A stretch of DNA of 46,796 nt from Arenimonas sp. (GCA_017987065.1 JAGNUI010000001.1:1-46796), one strand, 5' to 3'; shown: positions 8,700-18,087, counted from the stretch's first letter. The notes: a model not told the origin generated them from the letters alone. Made by a program: numbers and translations.

Positions 8700-9860
8700 T
8701 TAAATCAAAGCAACCGGATACGACCCTAAGACATGCACGTCAGCTGCATATTCACCCAGTTCCGACATGGCCGAGCTCACGTTTTCGTCTTCGATATGAC
8801 CACTGACATCGATGAAAAATACATATTGCCAACGCCCACTATGCGCCGGGCGCGACTCAATGCGGTTCATGCTCACGCCGTACTTAGCAAACGGGCTGAG
8901 TACGTTGTAAAGCGCACCAGGTTGATCACGAACGTAAACCAATAGAGACGTACGATCATGCCCTGACGGCGTGAAAAATTCACGGCCTATCACTAAAAAC
9001 CGTGTAGTGTTATCTTGCCGGTCTTCAATTGGGCCCGCGATAACCTTCAAGCCGTAAACATAACCCGCCGTTTCACCGGCAATGGCCGCACAGTCATCGG
9101 CCACGCGAGCACGACGAGCCGCTTCGGCATTACTGGCTACCGGGATTTTATCGGCATGCGGTAAATGCTGACGTAACCACGCTTTGCATTGCGCTAAGGA
9201 CTGCGGATGCGAATAAACGCGCTCGATATCTTCCATGCGGCCCGTTCGCGATAACAAATGTTGATGCACACGCAATTCAACTTCACCGCAAATCTTTAGC
9301 TTGGAGGTTAAAAACATATCCAGCGTGGATTGTATGGTGCCCTGCCCCGAATTTTCTACAGGCACAACGCCGAAATCGGCATGGCCACTTTCAATTTCTT
9401 GGAAGACTTCCTCAATACTGGCCAATGGTAAGGATTGCGCCGAATGACCAAAATGCTTATGTAAAGCTTGTTGCGAAAAAGTACCTTCCGGGCCCAAATA
9501 ACCTACTTTTAATGGCTCTTGCTGCGCCAAGCAGGCCGACATAATTTCTCGGAATAAGCGCAACAGTACTTCATTGCTTAATGGCCCTTCGTTGCGATCC
9601 AGTACCCGACGCAAAATTTGCGACTCACGCTCGGGACGATAATATTCAACGGCCGCTTTTAAATCACCTTTAGCAGCGCGTACTTTATGCGCCCAGTTGG
9701 CGCGTTCGGTGATGAGACTTTGAATTTGCTGATCTAAACTATCAATCTGTTGGCGCACTTCAACTAATTTTTCGGTATTGTTGGCTTTGGGGATCGATTT
9801 TTTGGCAACACCCTTGGTTTTAGCTTGCTTTGTAGGTTCTGGCGTTGATTTTTTAGCCAT
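8700..9860 (-). CDS. pheA: Chorismate mutase / prephenate dehydratase (P-protein); probable start at 9860 (MAKK)
   Basis: CM domain (VRQQIDSLD..YRPERE), YLGPEGTFS, PVENS, NTTRFLVIG and ACT-domain IESRP. Confidence 0.96.
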   Translation of the reverse strand: MAKKSTPEPTKQAKTKGVAKKSIPKANNTEKLVEVRQQIDSLDQQIQSLITERANWAHKVRAAKGDLKAAVEYYRPERESQILRRVLDRNEGPLSNEVLLRLFREIMSACLAQQEPLKVGYLGPEGTFSQQALHKHFGHSAQSLPLASIEEVFQEIESGHADFGVVPVENSGQGTIQSTLDMFLTSKLKICGEVELRVHQHLLSRTGRMEDIERVYSHPQSLAQCKAWLRQHLPHADKIPVASNAEAARRARVADDCAAIAGETAGYVYGLKVIAGPIEDRQDNTTRFLVIGREFFTPSGHDRTSLLVYVRDQPGALYNVLSPFAKYGVSMNRIESRPAHSGRWQYVFFIDVSGHIEDENVSSAMSELGEYAADVHVLGSYPVALI

Positions 9861-10938
9861 TTCGCACCGCAAAATCGTTCATGAAATCGACCAAGGCCTG
9901 CACGCCAGCAAGTGGCATGGCATTGTATATGGAAGCACGCATACCACCCAAAGCACGATGTCCTTTAAGACCCATCAAACCTGCATGTTCACTTTCTTTT
10001 AAAAATGCCTTATCAAGGGCTTCATCTTTCAACATAAAAGGTACATTCATACACGAACGCGCTGAAATGGCCACTTCATTTCGATAGAAGCCATTAGAAC
10101 CATCGATGGTGTTGTAAAGCAGTTTTGCTTTTTCAGCATTCTTAACAGCAAATGCTGCCGTACCGCCTTCTGCTTTCATCCATTGCAATACTAAACCCAC
10201 CACGTACCAAGGGAATGTGGGCGGCGTATTGAACATGGAATCATTTTCAACTTGATTTTGCCATTCGAAAATAGGTGGCAAATTACGCTGATGTTTGCCT
10301 AGCAAATCTTTACGAATAATGGCGATGCTAATTCCAGAAGGCCCGAGATTTTTCTGGGCTCCAGCGTAAATCATGCCGAATTTATTTACATCCACCGGAC
10401 GAGCTAAAAAATTGGAAGAAAAATCTGCAACTAAAGGCACATCGGTAATATTTGGCACATCTTGAAATTCAACGCCATGAATAGTTTCATTGGACGTGTA
10501 ATGAAAATAGGCTGAATTGGATGCACGCTGCCAATTTGAAAGCTCTGGAATTGCGCGATAGGCATTGGCTTTATCGGAAGCTACAACATGGGTTGCAAGA
10601 GAAGCTTTGGCGTTCTCAATTGCTTTTTCGCCCCAGTGTCCCGTGAGTAGATACTCACCAACTTGATCAGCTCGAGCAAGATTCATGGCCAATAATGCAG
10701 AGATGGTGGTGGCTCCACCTTGTAAAAACAACACGGCATATTCACTTGAAATACCCATCAGTTCGCGTAAATCAGATTCTGCTCGAGCGGCGCAATCAAC
10801 AAAGGCCTTCCCTCGGTGACTGACTTCCATAACTGAAGCGCGCTCATTTTGCCATTCCAGCATTTCTTGTTGAACTTGCAATAAAACGGACTCAGGCAAA
10901 GTGGCTGGACCTGCACTAAAATTAAACGCTCGCGACAT
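9853..10938 (-). CDS. serC: Phosphoserine aminotransferase
   Basis: FNFSAGPATLP, YAGAQKNLGPSG, LKGHRALGGMRASIYNAMP. Confidence 0.98.
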   Translation of the reverse strand: MSRAFNFSAGPATLPESVLLQVQQEMLEWQNERASVMEVSHRGKAFVDCAARAESDLRELMGISSEYAVLFLQGGATTISALLAMNLARADQVGEYLLTGHWGEKAIENAKASLATHVVASDKANAYRAIPELSNWQRASNSAYFHYTSNETIHGVEFQDVPNITDVPLVADFSSNFLARPVDVNKFGMIYAGAQKNLGPSGISIAIIRKDLLGKHQRNLPPIFEWQNQVENDSMFNTPPTFPWYVVGLVLQWMKAEGGTAAFAVKNAEKAKLLYNTIDGSNGFYRNEVAISARSCMNVPFMLKDEALDKAFLKESEHAGLMGLKGHRALGGMRASIYNAMPLAGVQALVDFMNDFAVRNG

Positions 10939-11022
10939 AAATAGACTCCAATAATCAAGCTTATTAGCCTAACATGCCTGCTAAAGCCTTTGAAAGACTG
11001 AAATGTTAATTATTTTAATAAC

Positions 11023-11835
11023 TCAAGGAGCGATTGTTAATAACAAGATCAACAAGCCTGAAATAAGCACCGAACTGGCTAACAATATCCACTGTGCGCG
11101 AGTAAATATTGGGGGATTAGAAGCTATATATGCTGGAGATTCAATAGCATCATTTGTTTCGACAACCACTTCGTTAACGGGGATTTCAACTAATTGAGCG
11201 AAATCTGGGCAAGACGACTGCAACAAGTACCGGTGTTGATCAATGCATAATTGGCTTCCTACCGCTAAAATGGCTTCATTACAAACCCAGCCATCAACTT
11301 GCATCTCCAAAACAGGACTTAAATTCTTGGCCACCACATCATTGCCTTGACGCTGAAGTAGAACCTGTCGTTCCGCCATGGAAGAATCATCGACTTGCAC
11401 ATCAGATAGCGATGAACGACCAATGCATAAACTATTAATTAGCGCATAAGCCATGCCTGTTTCAGAACCGGTCAAAACCCTTAAGACAATCCGCTCACTG
11501 AAATTAGTGGAAACCACTCCGGTTACATTTGTTTTTAAGGATTTAGCGGGCTGTGAAGATTTAATTCGACAAGAAATGGCATCAAAATGGATTTCATCGC
11601 CGGCTTTTAATAAAACAGCGGCATGAATCAATCGACCATTAACATGCACACTACCGGTTGCTTTTGATGGACGAGTCAGCCAAGTTAACCCAGCATTGGT
11701 TCGAATAACGGCATGTTTTGACGAAATACCTGAATTAGCCAAATACAAATCGCCCGCTGGATCTGAGCCAATATTTAGTTCTGGCTTATCCAAGCAAAGC
11801 GTGTTGTGGTCAGATGTATGTAAAACCAAACTCAT
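11023..11835 (-). CDS. FHA-domain protein (two FHA-like repeats, C-terminal TM anchor)
   Basis: IGSD..ISSKHA..VHVNG..LKAGDEI and IGRSSLSDV..VDG..LAVGSQL, followed by a hydrophobic C-terminus. Confidence 0.75.
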   Translation of the reverse strand: MSLVLHTSDHNTLCLDKPELNIGSDPAGDLYLANSGISSKHAVIRTNAGLTWLTRPSKATGSVHVNGRLIHAAVLLKAGDEIHFDAISCRIKSSQPAKSLKTNVTGVVSTNFSERIVLRVLTGSETGMAYALINSLCIGRSSLSDVQVDDSSMAERQVLLQRQGNDVVAKNLSPVLEMQVDGWVCNEAILAVGSQLCIDQHRYLLQSSCPDFAQLVEIPVNEVVVETNDAIESPAYIASNPPIFTRAQWILLASSVLISGLLILLLTIAP

Positions 11836-11924
11836 GTTGTAACCTTTTTCAACAATTTACCATAACAAAACAGACAAACCGGTGTTTTCATTGTATTTTG
11901 ATTTAAATCATTACGAGAACAATC

Positions 11925-12200
11925 ATGCATTCGATCGATATTAAGCGCTCACACAATCTCGAACACAGTAAAGCCAAAACAGCCGTGCAACATGTGGCAG
12001 ATCATATTGCTGAAAAATTTGACGTGGAATGCGAATGGAGCGGCAATACCTTAAATTTTCAACGCTCAGGTGTGGATGGTCATATTAAGGTAAACGCTAA
12101 ATCCATTCATGTTATTGCCGACCTGGGGTTTTTTCAGTCTGCATTTAAATCAATGATTGAAAATGAAATAAAGCGCTACCTTGATCAAGAATTCACCTAA
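11925..12200 (+). CDS. Polyhydroxyalkanoic acid system family protein (PHA_gran_rgn-like)
   Basis: IDIKRSHNL..WSGNTLNFQRSGVDGHI..LGF..FKSMIENEIKRYLD pattern. Confidence 0.85.
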   Translation: MHSIDIKRSHNLEHSKAKTAVQHVADHIAEKFDVECEWSGNTLNFQRSGVDGHIKVNAKSIHVIADLGFFQSAFKSMIENEIKRYLDQEFT

Positions 12201-12916
12201 AAAGGTTCTTGAAATGGGTTGTCATGACCACTCATAATACGATTTGAAATGCTTGATTCTTGGCGAAAAATCTCTGTGAGGAAATATTCAGCGCCACCGA
12301 GATGATTAAACGCTTTGAAGCCACGCTCTAGAAATCCTTGTAAGTGTTGCAAGCCTAATAATCTTGCAGGCAATCGCGAAGCCCCGAGCAATTTAGCGAT
12401 ACCGTGTTTCTGAACAACACTATCAAGCCGATATCCGACATCCATAATTAACGCCAATTGGCGCTTACGCAATCGCGGGTAGCCTAATTGCCGGTACACT
12501 TTTTGGTATGTTTGCGAATCTAAAGCCTGCCCATTTGACAACGCTTTAGCGAGCAAGCGAGCCATACGCATATCTAAAGCATGACTCAAAACGGACAGTT
12601 CAATGGCGTCAACTGCTGCAGTTAATAAGTTTAATGGCAGTATTTTTGACATCATCGGCAATATTTTGGCTGCTTCCTGATCACGTTTCAAAAATTCTTG
12701 GTCACCGTATAAATCCGATAAGAAAAATTCGGCAGCCGGCTTCGTTTTTGGATTTTCAATAAAACGATTGAAACTCACTCTTAGCCGATTTGACTGCCAT
12801 TTTCTGAGCTCAGGCAAATACTTAGCCAAGACCTTATCGCCAAGCTCAAGTTCATGTGCTTGTTTTTGCCAAAGTAATCGGCTTGTTAATTTTTCTTGTA
12901 AGCGCCGCACACTCAT
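12197..12916 (-). CDS. Conserved hypothetical protein (FFLEELY-motif type)
   Basis: WQSNRL..AAEFFLSDLYG..RD..LQGFLERGF..F pattern. Confidence 0.75.
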   Translation of the reverse strand: MSVRRLQEKLTSRLLWQKQAHELELGDKVLAKYLPELRKWQSNRLRVSFNRFIENPKTKPAAEFFLSDLYGDQEFLKRDQEAAKILPMMSKILPLNLLTAAVDAIELSVLSHALDMRMARLLAKALSNGQALDSQTYQKVYRQLGYPRLRKRQLALIMDVGYRLDSVVQKHGIAKLLGASRLPARLLGLQHLQGFLERGFKAFNHLGGAEYFLTEIFRQESSISNRIMSGHDNPFQEPF

Positions 12917-12994
12917 CGCTGATTATCACTGTAGGATTGGAATAGGTTTATTTTAGCCGTACAATAAGAGAAATCGTATTTTTTGGCTGATTAA

Positions 12995-14227
12995 ATGCTC
13001 GTATTTCAAGCTGCAACACAACCATCCTGTCATCAAGGCCGTGTAGGTATCGCTATTGCAGGAGGCGGTCCCATTGGCGGTATGTATGAATTAGGCGCGC
13101 TACGAGCCTTAGAAGTAGCCATTGATGGCCTTGATTTAAACCGATTAGACGTATACGTTGGGGTTAGCTCAGGTGCTTTTATAGCAGCCAGCTTGGTCAA
13201 TCGCTTAAGTACCGCTGAAATTTGCCAAATATTCATTTCAGGTGATCACCCTGAAATAAGCTTTAAACCTCGCATGTTCCTAAAACCTGCATTTATGGAA
13301 TATGGAAAACGCGTTTCAGCACTACCAAGCTTAGCTTTCGATTGGTGGAAAAGCATGGTGATGGATCCATCAGGAACGCAATTAAACGAACTTATTTCCC
13401 GTTTGACGAGCATTGTGCCCAATGGGCTTTTCGACAACGCTCCCATTGAAAAGTTTTTAAAGGATGTATTCACAGGGCCAGGTCGTACTAACGACTTTAG
13501 AAAATTAGATCGTCCCTTATATGTGGTTGCTGTGGATTTAGACCAAGGCAAAGCAGTTCGTTTCGGTAGTAAAAAATGGGATAACATTCCCATCTCTCAA
13601 GCTGTGCAAGCCAGTTCTGCGCTTCCAGGTCTATACCCACCTGTTGATATCAATGGGCATCATTTTGTAGATGGCGCCTTGCGTAGAACTATGCATGCCT
13701 CTGTGATTTTAGACCACGGCATTGATTTGATGATTGGCTTAAATCCTTTCGTACCCTTTAATTCAAATAATCAAACAAGAGATAATCCAGAATCCTCAAA
13801 GTTGGCTGATGGCGGATTGCCAATGGTGCTTTCACAAACATTTAGAACACTTTTGCAATCGCGTATGCAAGTTGGTCTTGCCAAATATGCCCAGCAATAT
13901 CCAGAGACTGATCAAATTGTTTTTGAGCCCAATGAAGACGATGCTGAAATGTTTTTTACCAATGTATTTAGTTATTCGTCAAGACATCGCGTTTGTGAGC
14001 ATGCCTTTCAAAGTACGTTGCGTGATTTAAAACGCCAATTTAAAGTTCTTGAGCCGATGTTAGCCAAACATGGTTTAACTCTTAAACTGGATGTATTAAA
14101 CAATTCCGAATTAACTTTGCTGGACGGCATTGAACCGGTCACTCGTCGCACAGAGGCTACAGCCCAACTTCGACATAGCCTAGATGATATTGAATTACGA
14201 CTGAAAAAACACAGATTAAAAGCATAG
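12995..14227 (+). CDS. Patatin-like phospholipase / esterase
   Basis: AGGGPIG oxyanion motif, GVSSG nucleophile elbow, ASSALPG and FVDGA catalytic Asp. Confidence 0.92.
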   Translation: MLVFQAATQPSCHQGRVGIAIAGGGPIGGMYELGALRALEVAIDGLDLNRLDVYVGVSSGAFIAASLVNRLSTAEICQIFISGDHPEISFKPRMFLKPAFMEYGKRVSALPSLAFDWWKSMVMDPSGTQLNELISRLTSIVPNGLFDNAPIEKFLKDVFTGPGRTNDFRKLDRPLYVVAVDLDQGKAVRFGSKKWDNIPISQAVQASSALPGLYPPVDINGHHFVDGALRRTMHASVILDHGIDLMIGLNPFVPFNSNNQTRDNPESSKLADGGLPMVLSQTFRTLLQSRMQVGLAKYAQQYPETDQIVFEPNEDDAEMFFTNVFSYSSRHRVCEHAFQSTLRDLKRQFKVLEPMLAKHGLTLKLDVLNNSELTLLDGIEPVTRRTEATAQLRHSLDDIELRLKKHRLKA

Positions 14228-14341
14228 TTCTAGTTTCATAATTAAACCTTTAATTTTGGTGTGTTTGCTCTAGACAAACCACTCAGAATAATAAACACAA
14301 CTATTTCGTTTATTGTTCTTTCAACTTAAAGGTACTTAAAT

Positions 14342-14932
14342 ATGGCCAAGCTAAAAAAAGCTGTTCGTAAAACCGCCGCTAAAGGCAAAACCAGCAAAAC
14401 AACTGCAAAAAAATCTGTAGATTCTTCGAGCCGTAATTTGCTTGATACTGCACAACAAATTTGGACCGCCGGCGTTGGCGCATTGGCCAAAGCTCAAGGC
14501 GAAGGCACCGATTTGTTCGAAACCTTAGTTAAGAAAGGCATGAATTTAGAAGCCAAAACACGCAAACTTGCCAATGGTAAAGTTGATGTGGTTCGTGGCG
14601 CTGTTGAAGGTCGTGTTGAGAATGTGAAAGAAAAAGCGACCGACACTTGGGATCGCATGGAAAAAGTCTTTGAAGATCGTGTACAGCAAGCCTTAAACCG
14701 TTTAGGTGTGCCTACTCGCGAAGACCTTAACAACCTGACAAAACGCGTTGAAGCGCTAACAGCTGAATTGCGTAAACAAGGTAAAGCACCTGCTGCTAAA
14801 AAAGTTGTTGCTCCAGTAAAGAAAGCCGCATCTCCTGCAAAAAAAGTGGCTAAGAAAGTGGCTAAGAAAGTAAGCAAAATCAATTTGCCTAAAGCAGCCG
14901 CTGCAGAAGAAACACTTAGCGCTGCAGCTTAA
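14342..14932 (+). CDS. Phasin, PhaF/PhaI family, with K/A-rich histone-like tails
   Basis: AQQIWTAGVGALAKAQGEG..FETLVKKG..WDRMEKVFEDRVQQALNRLGVPTR core and C-terminal AKKV repeats. Confidence 0.9.
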   Translation: MAKLKKAVRKTAAKGKTSKTTAKKSVDSSSRNLLDTAQQIWTAGVGALAKAQGEGTDLFETLVKKGMNLEAKTRKLANGKVDVVRGAVEGRVENVKEKATDTWDRMEKVFEDRVQQALNRLGVPTREDLNNLTKRVEALTAELRKQGKAPAAKKVVAPVKKAASPAKKVAKKVAKKVSKINLPKAAAAEETLSAAA

Positions 14933-15000
14933 GTTTTATCCATCCGTCAGGTTGTTTTTCATCGGCCCTCCCAATTCGATTTGACTGACGGATTTTTAAT

Positions 15001-15032
15001 AAAAAAAAGTACCGCATTGCGGTACTTTTTTT
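15001..15032. terminator. Bidirectional rho-independent terminator
   Basis: AAAAAAAAGTACCGC-att-GCGGTACTTTTTTT between convergent genes. Confidence 0.9.
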
Positions 15033-15051
15033 GTTTAAATTATCTCAAATT

Positions 15052-17040
15052 TTACCAATGCACACCGCGCATCACTGATGCGAAGGCAATTTGCTCATTA
15101 GTTGGTTGCGACATTTCTGAGCGCCCTTTCATACCTTTGGCTGCGGAGGAGTCAGGGAATAATTCAAAAGCTGTGCTGATGACCACCTCATAAGCTTTCG
15201 GGAATACCGCATTTAGTACGCCGGCAAATACGCCCAAACGTGTTGCCACTCTGCTTGGTTTTTCTATGATGGCTTTAACAATTAAATCGGCAGCTTCTTC
15301 TGGCGATAAAGTTGGCACCGAATCATACATCTTGGTTGGTGCAATCATTGGCGTTTTCACTAATGGCATATTGATTGTGGTAAAACTAATGCCCTTTCCT
15401 GAAAGTTCACCTTGCGCGCAACTGCTGAATGCATCGAGTGCTGCTTTAGATGCCACATAGGCAGAAAAACGTGGCGAGCTAGCCAATACGCCAATTGATG
15501 AAATATTGATGATGTGGCCCCGACGATGCTCAATCATCTTAGGCAATGCCTGCATGATCAAGCGCAGCGAGCCGAAATAATTCAATTGCATGGTGCGCTC
15601 AAAATCGTGGAACCGATCAAAACTGAGCTCAATGGAGCGACGAATCGACCTACCGGCATTGTTAATCAAAATATCAACAGCACCGAAATCTTTGTTCACA
15701 TGCTCGATTAAACTATCGCATGAGTCTAAATCGGCTAAATCTGTTTTATAGGCGTAACACAGGAATCCAGCATCGACTATTTCTTTACGTGTCGCTTCAA
15801 GTTCATCTGCACCTCGCGCAGCAATCACCACTTTAGCTCCAGCCTCTGCGATTTTAATGGCTGCAGCTTTGCCAATCCCAGAAGAGCCGCCAGTGATGAG
15901 AACTACTTTACCCTCAACTTTTCCGCGCAAGGAACGGTCAATGAATAAATCCGGATCTAAATTGCGCTCCCAATAATCCCACAAACGCCACGCATAACTG
16001 TCTAAGTGTGGGACGGTAATTTTGCTGCCCTTCAAAGCACGTTCCGTTTCACGACAATCAAAGCGTGTTGGGTAAGTGATGAATGAAAGGGTTGCTTTGG
16101 GTATTTTAAGATCACGCAAAATCATGTTAGTTAAGCGCTTAACCGGTGGCAAACTGGTCACTGCCATACGCATCGCCGAAGGAATAAAGGCAAACATACG
16201 CGCATCAATACGCATGGTCATTTCAGGGGCATGTGCTGCACGCGCAAAGGTATTCATCAGCTCGCCAAAACGCATTGGTTCAGGATCGACCAGATGGAAG
16301 CAATGGCCGTCTAAGCCTTTTTTATGAGCGATATGATCCATGGCATCGGCAACAAAATCCACAGGCACTACATTGATTCGCCCGCCTTCAATGCCCAAGG
16401 TTGGTACCCATTGCGGCAAGGTTTGGCGGATTTTCTTGATTAGTGTGAATAAATAATAAGGGCCATCAATTTTATCAATTTCGCCTGTTTGAGAATGCCC
16501 AACAACCATCGATGGACGATAAATGCGAAATGGTACGGCTGTTTGTTTGCGAACTAAACCTTCCGACTCATGCTTGGTTTTTAAGTAAGGATCTTTTAAA
16601 CCCTCAGCCTCTTCAAACATATCTTCGCGGAAAGTGCCTGGGTAAAGCCCTGCAGCAGCGATTGAACTGGCATGATGAAAGCAACCAACATTTAGTGCTG
16701 CGGCCAACTCCAAGGCGTTTTTTGTGCCGCCAATATTGGCGACTTTCTGGCTTTCAGCATCGGCAGACATATCGTAAATTGCTGCCAAATGAAAGAAATG
16801 CTGAACTTTACCTTTTAATGAATTGCACTGAGCAGCAGTAAGGCCAAGTTTAGGTTTCGCTAAATCACCAGCAACCGGAATAATACGTTTCATATCCCAA
16901 GCCATTTTTGCGCCAATCTCATTCAATTTAGCAATTGAGCTTTTGCGCACTAAAACATGCACATTGCCTTTTCGCTTAAGCAAATTACTGACCAAATAAC
17001 GACCAATAAACCCAGTTGCACCAGTAACAAAATAGCTCAT
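15052..17040 (-). CDS. Two-domain SDR, fatty acyl-CoA reductase (AcrA1/Maqu_2507-like)
   Basis: N-terminal extended SDR (TGATGFIG, YxxxK) fused to a C-terminal Acr1-like domain (TGGSSGIG, NNAGRSIRR, FHDFERTMQLNYFG, YVASKAAL, MPLVKTPMIAPT). Confidence 0.88.
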   Translation of the reverse strand: MSYFVTGATGFIGRYLVSNLLKRKGNVHVLVRKSSIAKLNEIGAKMAWDMKRIIPVAGDLAKPKLGLTAAQCNSLKGKVQHFFHLAAIYDMSADAESQKVANIGGTKNALELAAALNVGCFHHASSIAAAGLYPGTFREDMFEEAEGLKDPYLKTKHESEGLVRKQTAVPFRIYRPSMVVGHSQTGEIDKIDGPYYLFTLIKKIRQTLPQWVPTLGIEGGRINVVPVDFVADAMDHIAHKKGLDGHCFHLVDPEPMRFGELMNTFARAAHAPEMTMRIDARMFAFIPSAMRMAVTSLPPVKRLTNMILRDLKIPKATLSFITYPTRFDCRETERALKGSKITVPHLDSYAWRLWDYWERNLDPDLFIDRSLRGKVEGKVVLITGGSSGIGKAAAIKIAEAGAKVVIAARGADELEATRKEIVDAGFLCYAYKTDLADLDSCDSLIEHVNKDFGAVDILINNAGRSIRRSIELSFDRFHDFERTMQLNYFGSLRLIMQALPKMIEHRRGHIINISSIGVLASSPRFSAYVASKAALDAFSSCAQGELSGKGISFTTINMPLVKTPMIAPTKMYDSVPTLSPEEAADLIVKAIIEKPSRVATRLGVFAGVLNAVFPKAYEVVISTAFELFPDSSAAKGMKGRSEMSQPTNEQIAFASVMRGVHW

Positions 17041-17155
17041 AAAATCTCCTACCCCTAATAATGGACTTTTCTAAATAGAATGTTGATTTTTACTGCAAAT
17101 TACATTTTAATGCATAATACAAACTATATATGACTTTACAGCAAAGGGTTAGCTT

Positions 17156-17413
17156 ATGGACACAATTAAGCAAGAATTTGAGCAAGCTAGCAAAGATATT
17201 AAAACCTTAGAAAATCGCCCAGATAACGACACCATGTTGCGCTTGTATGCCCTATACAAACAAGGATCAGAAGGTGATGTTAACGGTCCAGAGCCAGGAT
17301 TTTTTGATTTTGTTGCATCAGCAAAATATCAAGCATGGTCTAAACTCGAAGGAACTAGCAATGAAATGGCTATGAAAAAATACATTACTTTAGTCAAATC
17401 ATTGGTTTCTTAA
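17156..17413 (+). CDS. Acyl-CoA-binding protein
   Basis: LRLYALYKQGSEGDV..PGFFDF..KYQAW..AMKKYI ACBP signature. Confidence 0.95.
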   Translation: MDTIKQEFEQASKDIKTLENRPDNDTMLRLYALYKQGSEGDVNGPEPGFFDFVASAKYQAWSKLEGTSNEMAMKKYITLVKSLVS

Positions 17414-18039
17414 TGTCAAAAAAAACCCGCCAGCGTATTTTGGATGTTGCCCTACAACTGTTTAACGATCATGGGGAGTCAAGCATTTCAACCAATCATA
17501 TTGCTGATGAGTTGGAAATGAGCCCTGGCAACCTTTATTATCATTATCGAAATAAAGACGACATTATTGAGCAATTGTTTCAACGCTTCGAAGAACGAAT
17601 GGATCAAGCGCTAACTGCCCCCGAAGGACGCGAAATAACCCTTGAGGATGTGTGGTTGCAATTGCATTTAGTGTTCGAATGTATTTGGAACTATCGGTTT
17701 TTATATCGAGATTTGATTAATATAACAAGCAGAAACAGAAGCTTACGTTTAAAATTCGCTCGAATTTTAAAGCGCGGTTCTGCTAACGCACACAATATTA
17801 TGAAAGGCCTTAATAATACCGGCATGATGCGTGCCAGCGCGGCTGAAATAGAAGGCTTATCTACCAACATTCTTGTATTGGCAACATTCTGGCTGAATTT
17901 TGCCAACATTAGTGGCGAGAAAGACGAACAAAAATCCATTAAAAAGGGCATTGTTCAAGTCATGATGTTAGTTTCTCCTTTCTTACGAGACTCGGAACGT
18001 GTGCATATGCATACGCTTTCAGCGGCCTATCTCGATTAA
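17413..18039 (+). CDS. TetR/AcrR-family regulator, PhaD-like
   Basis: TRQRIL..LFN..STNHIADELEMSPGNLYYHYRNKDDI HTH and IWNYRFLYRDL. Confidence 0.9.
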   Translation: MSKKTRQRILDVALQLFNDHGESSISTNHIADELEMSPGNLYYHYRNKDDIIEQLFQRFEERMDQALTAPEGREITLEDVWLQLHLVFECIWNYRFLYRDLINITSRNRSLRLKFARILKRGSANAHNIMKGLNNTGMMRASAAEIEGLSTNILVLATFWLNFANISGEKDEQKSIKKGIVQVMMLVSPFLRDSERVHMHTLSAAYLD

Positions 18040-18058
18040 GCATTTGTTTAACAAGTGA

Positions 18059-18087
18059 TTGCTTTAACATGATTTTTGCATTATAAT
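18059..18087 (+). promoter_or_regulatory. sigma70 promoter of the L36 gene
   Basis: TTGCTT, 17-nt spacer, TATAAT. Confidence 0.75.

Noticed and set aside
12995-14227. Patatin as a CBASS/CapV-type defence effector
   Set aside because: There is no cyclase or other defence gene nearby; the neighbours are lipid-granule genes.
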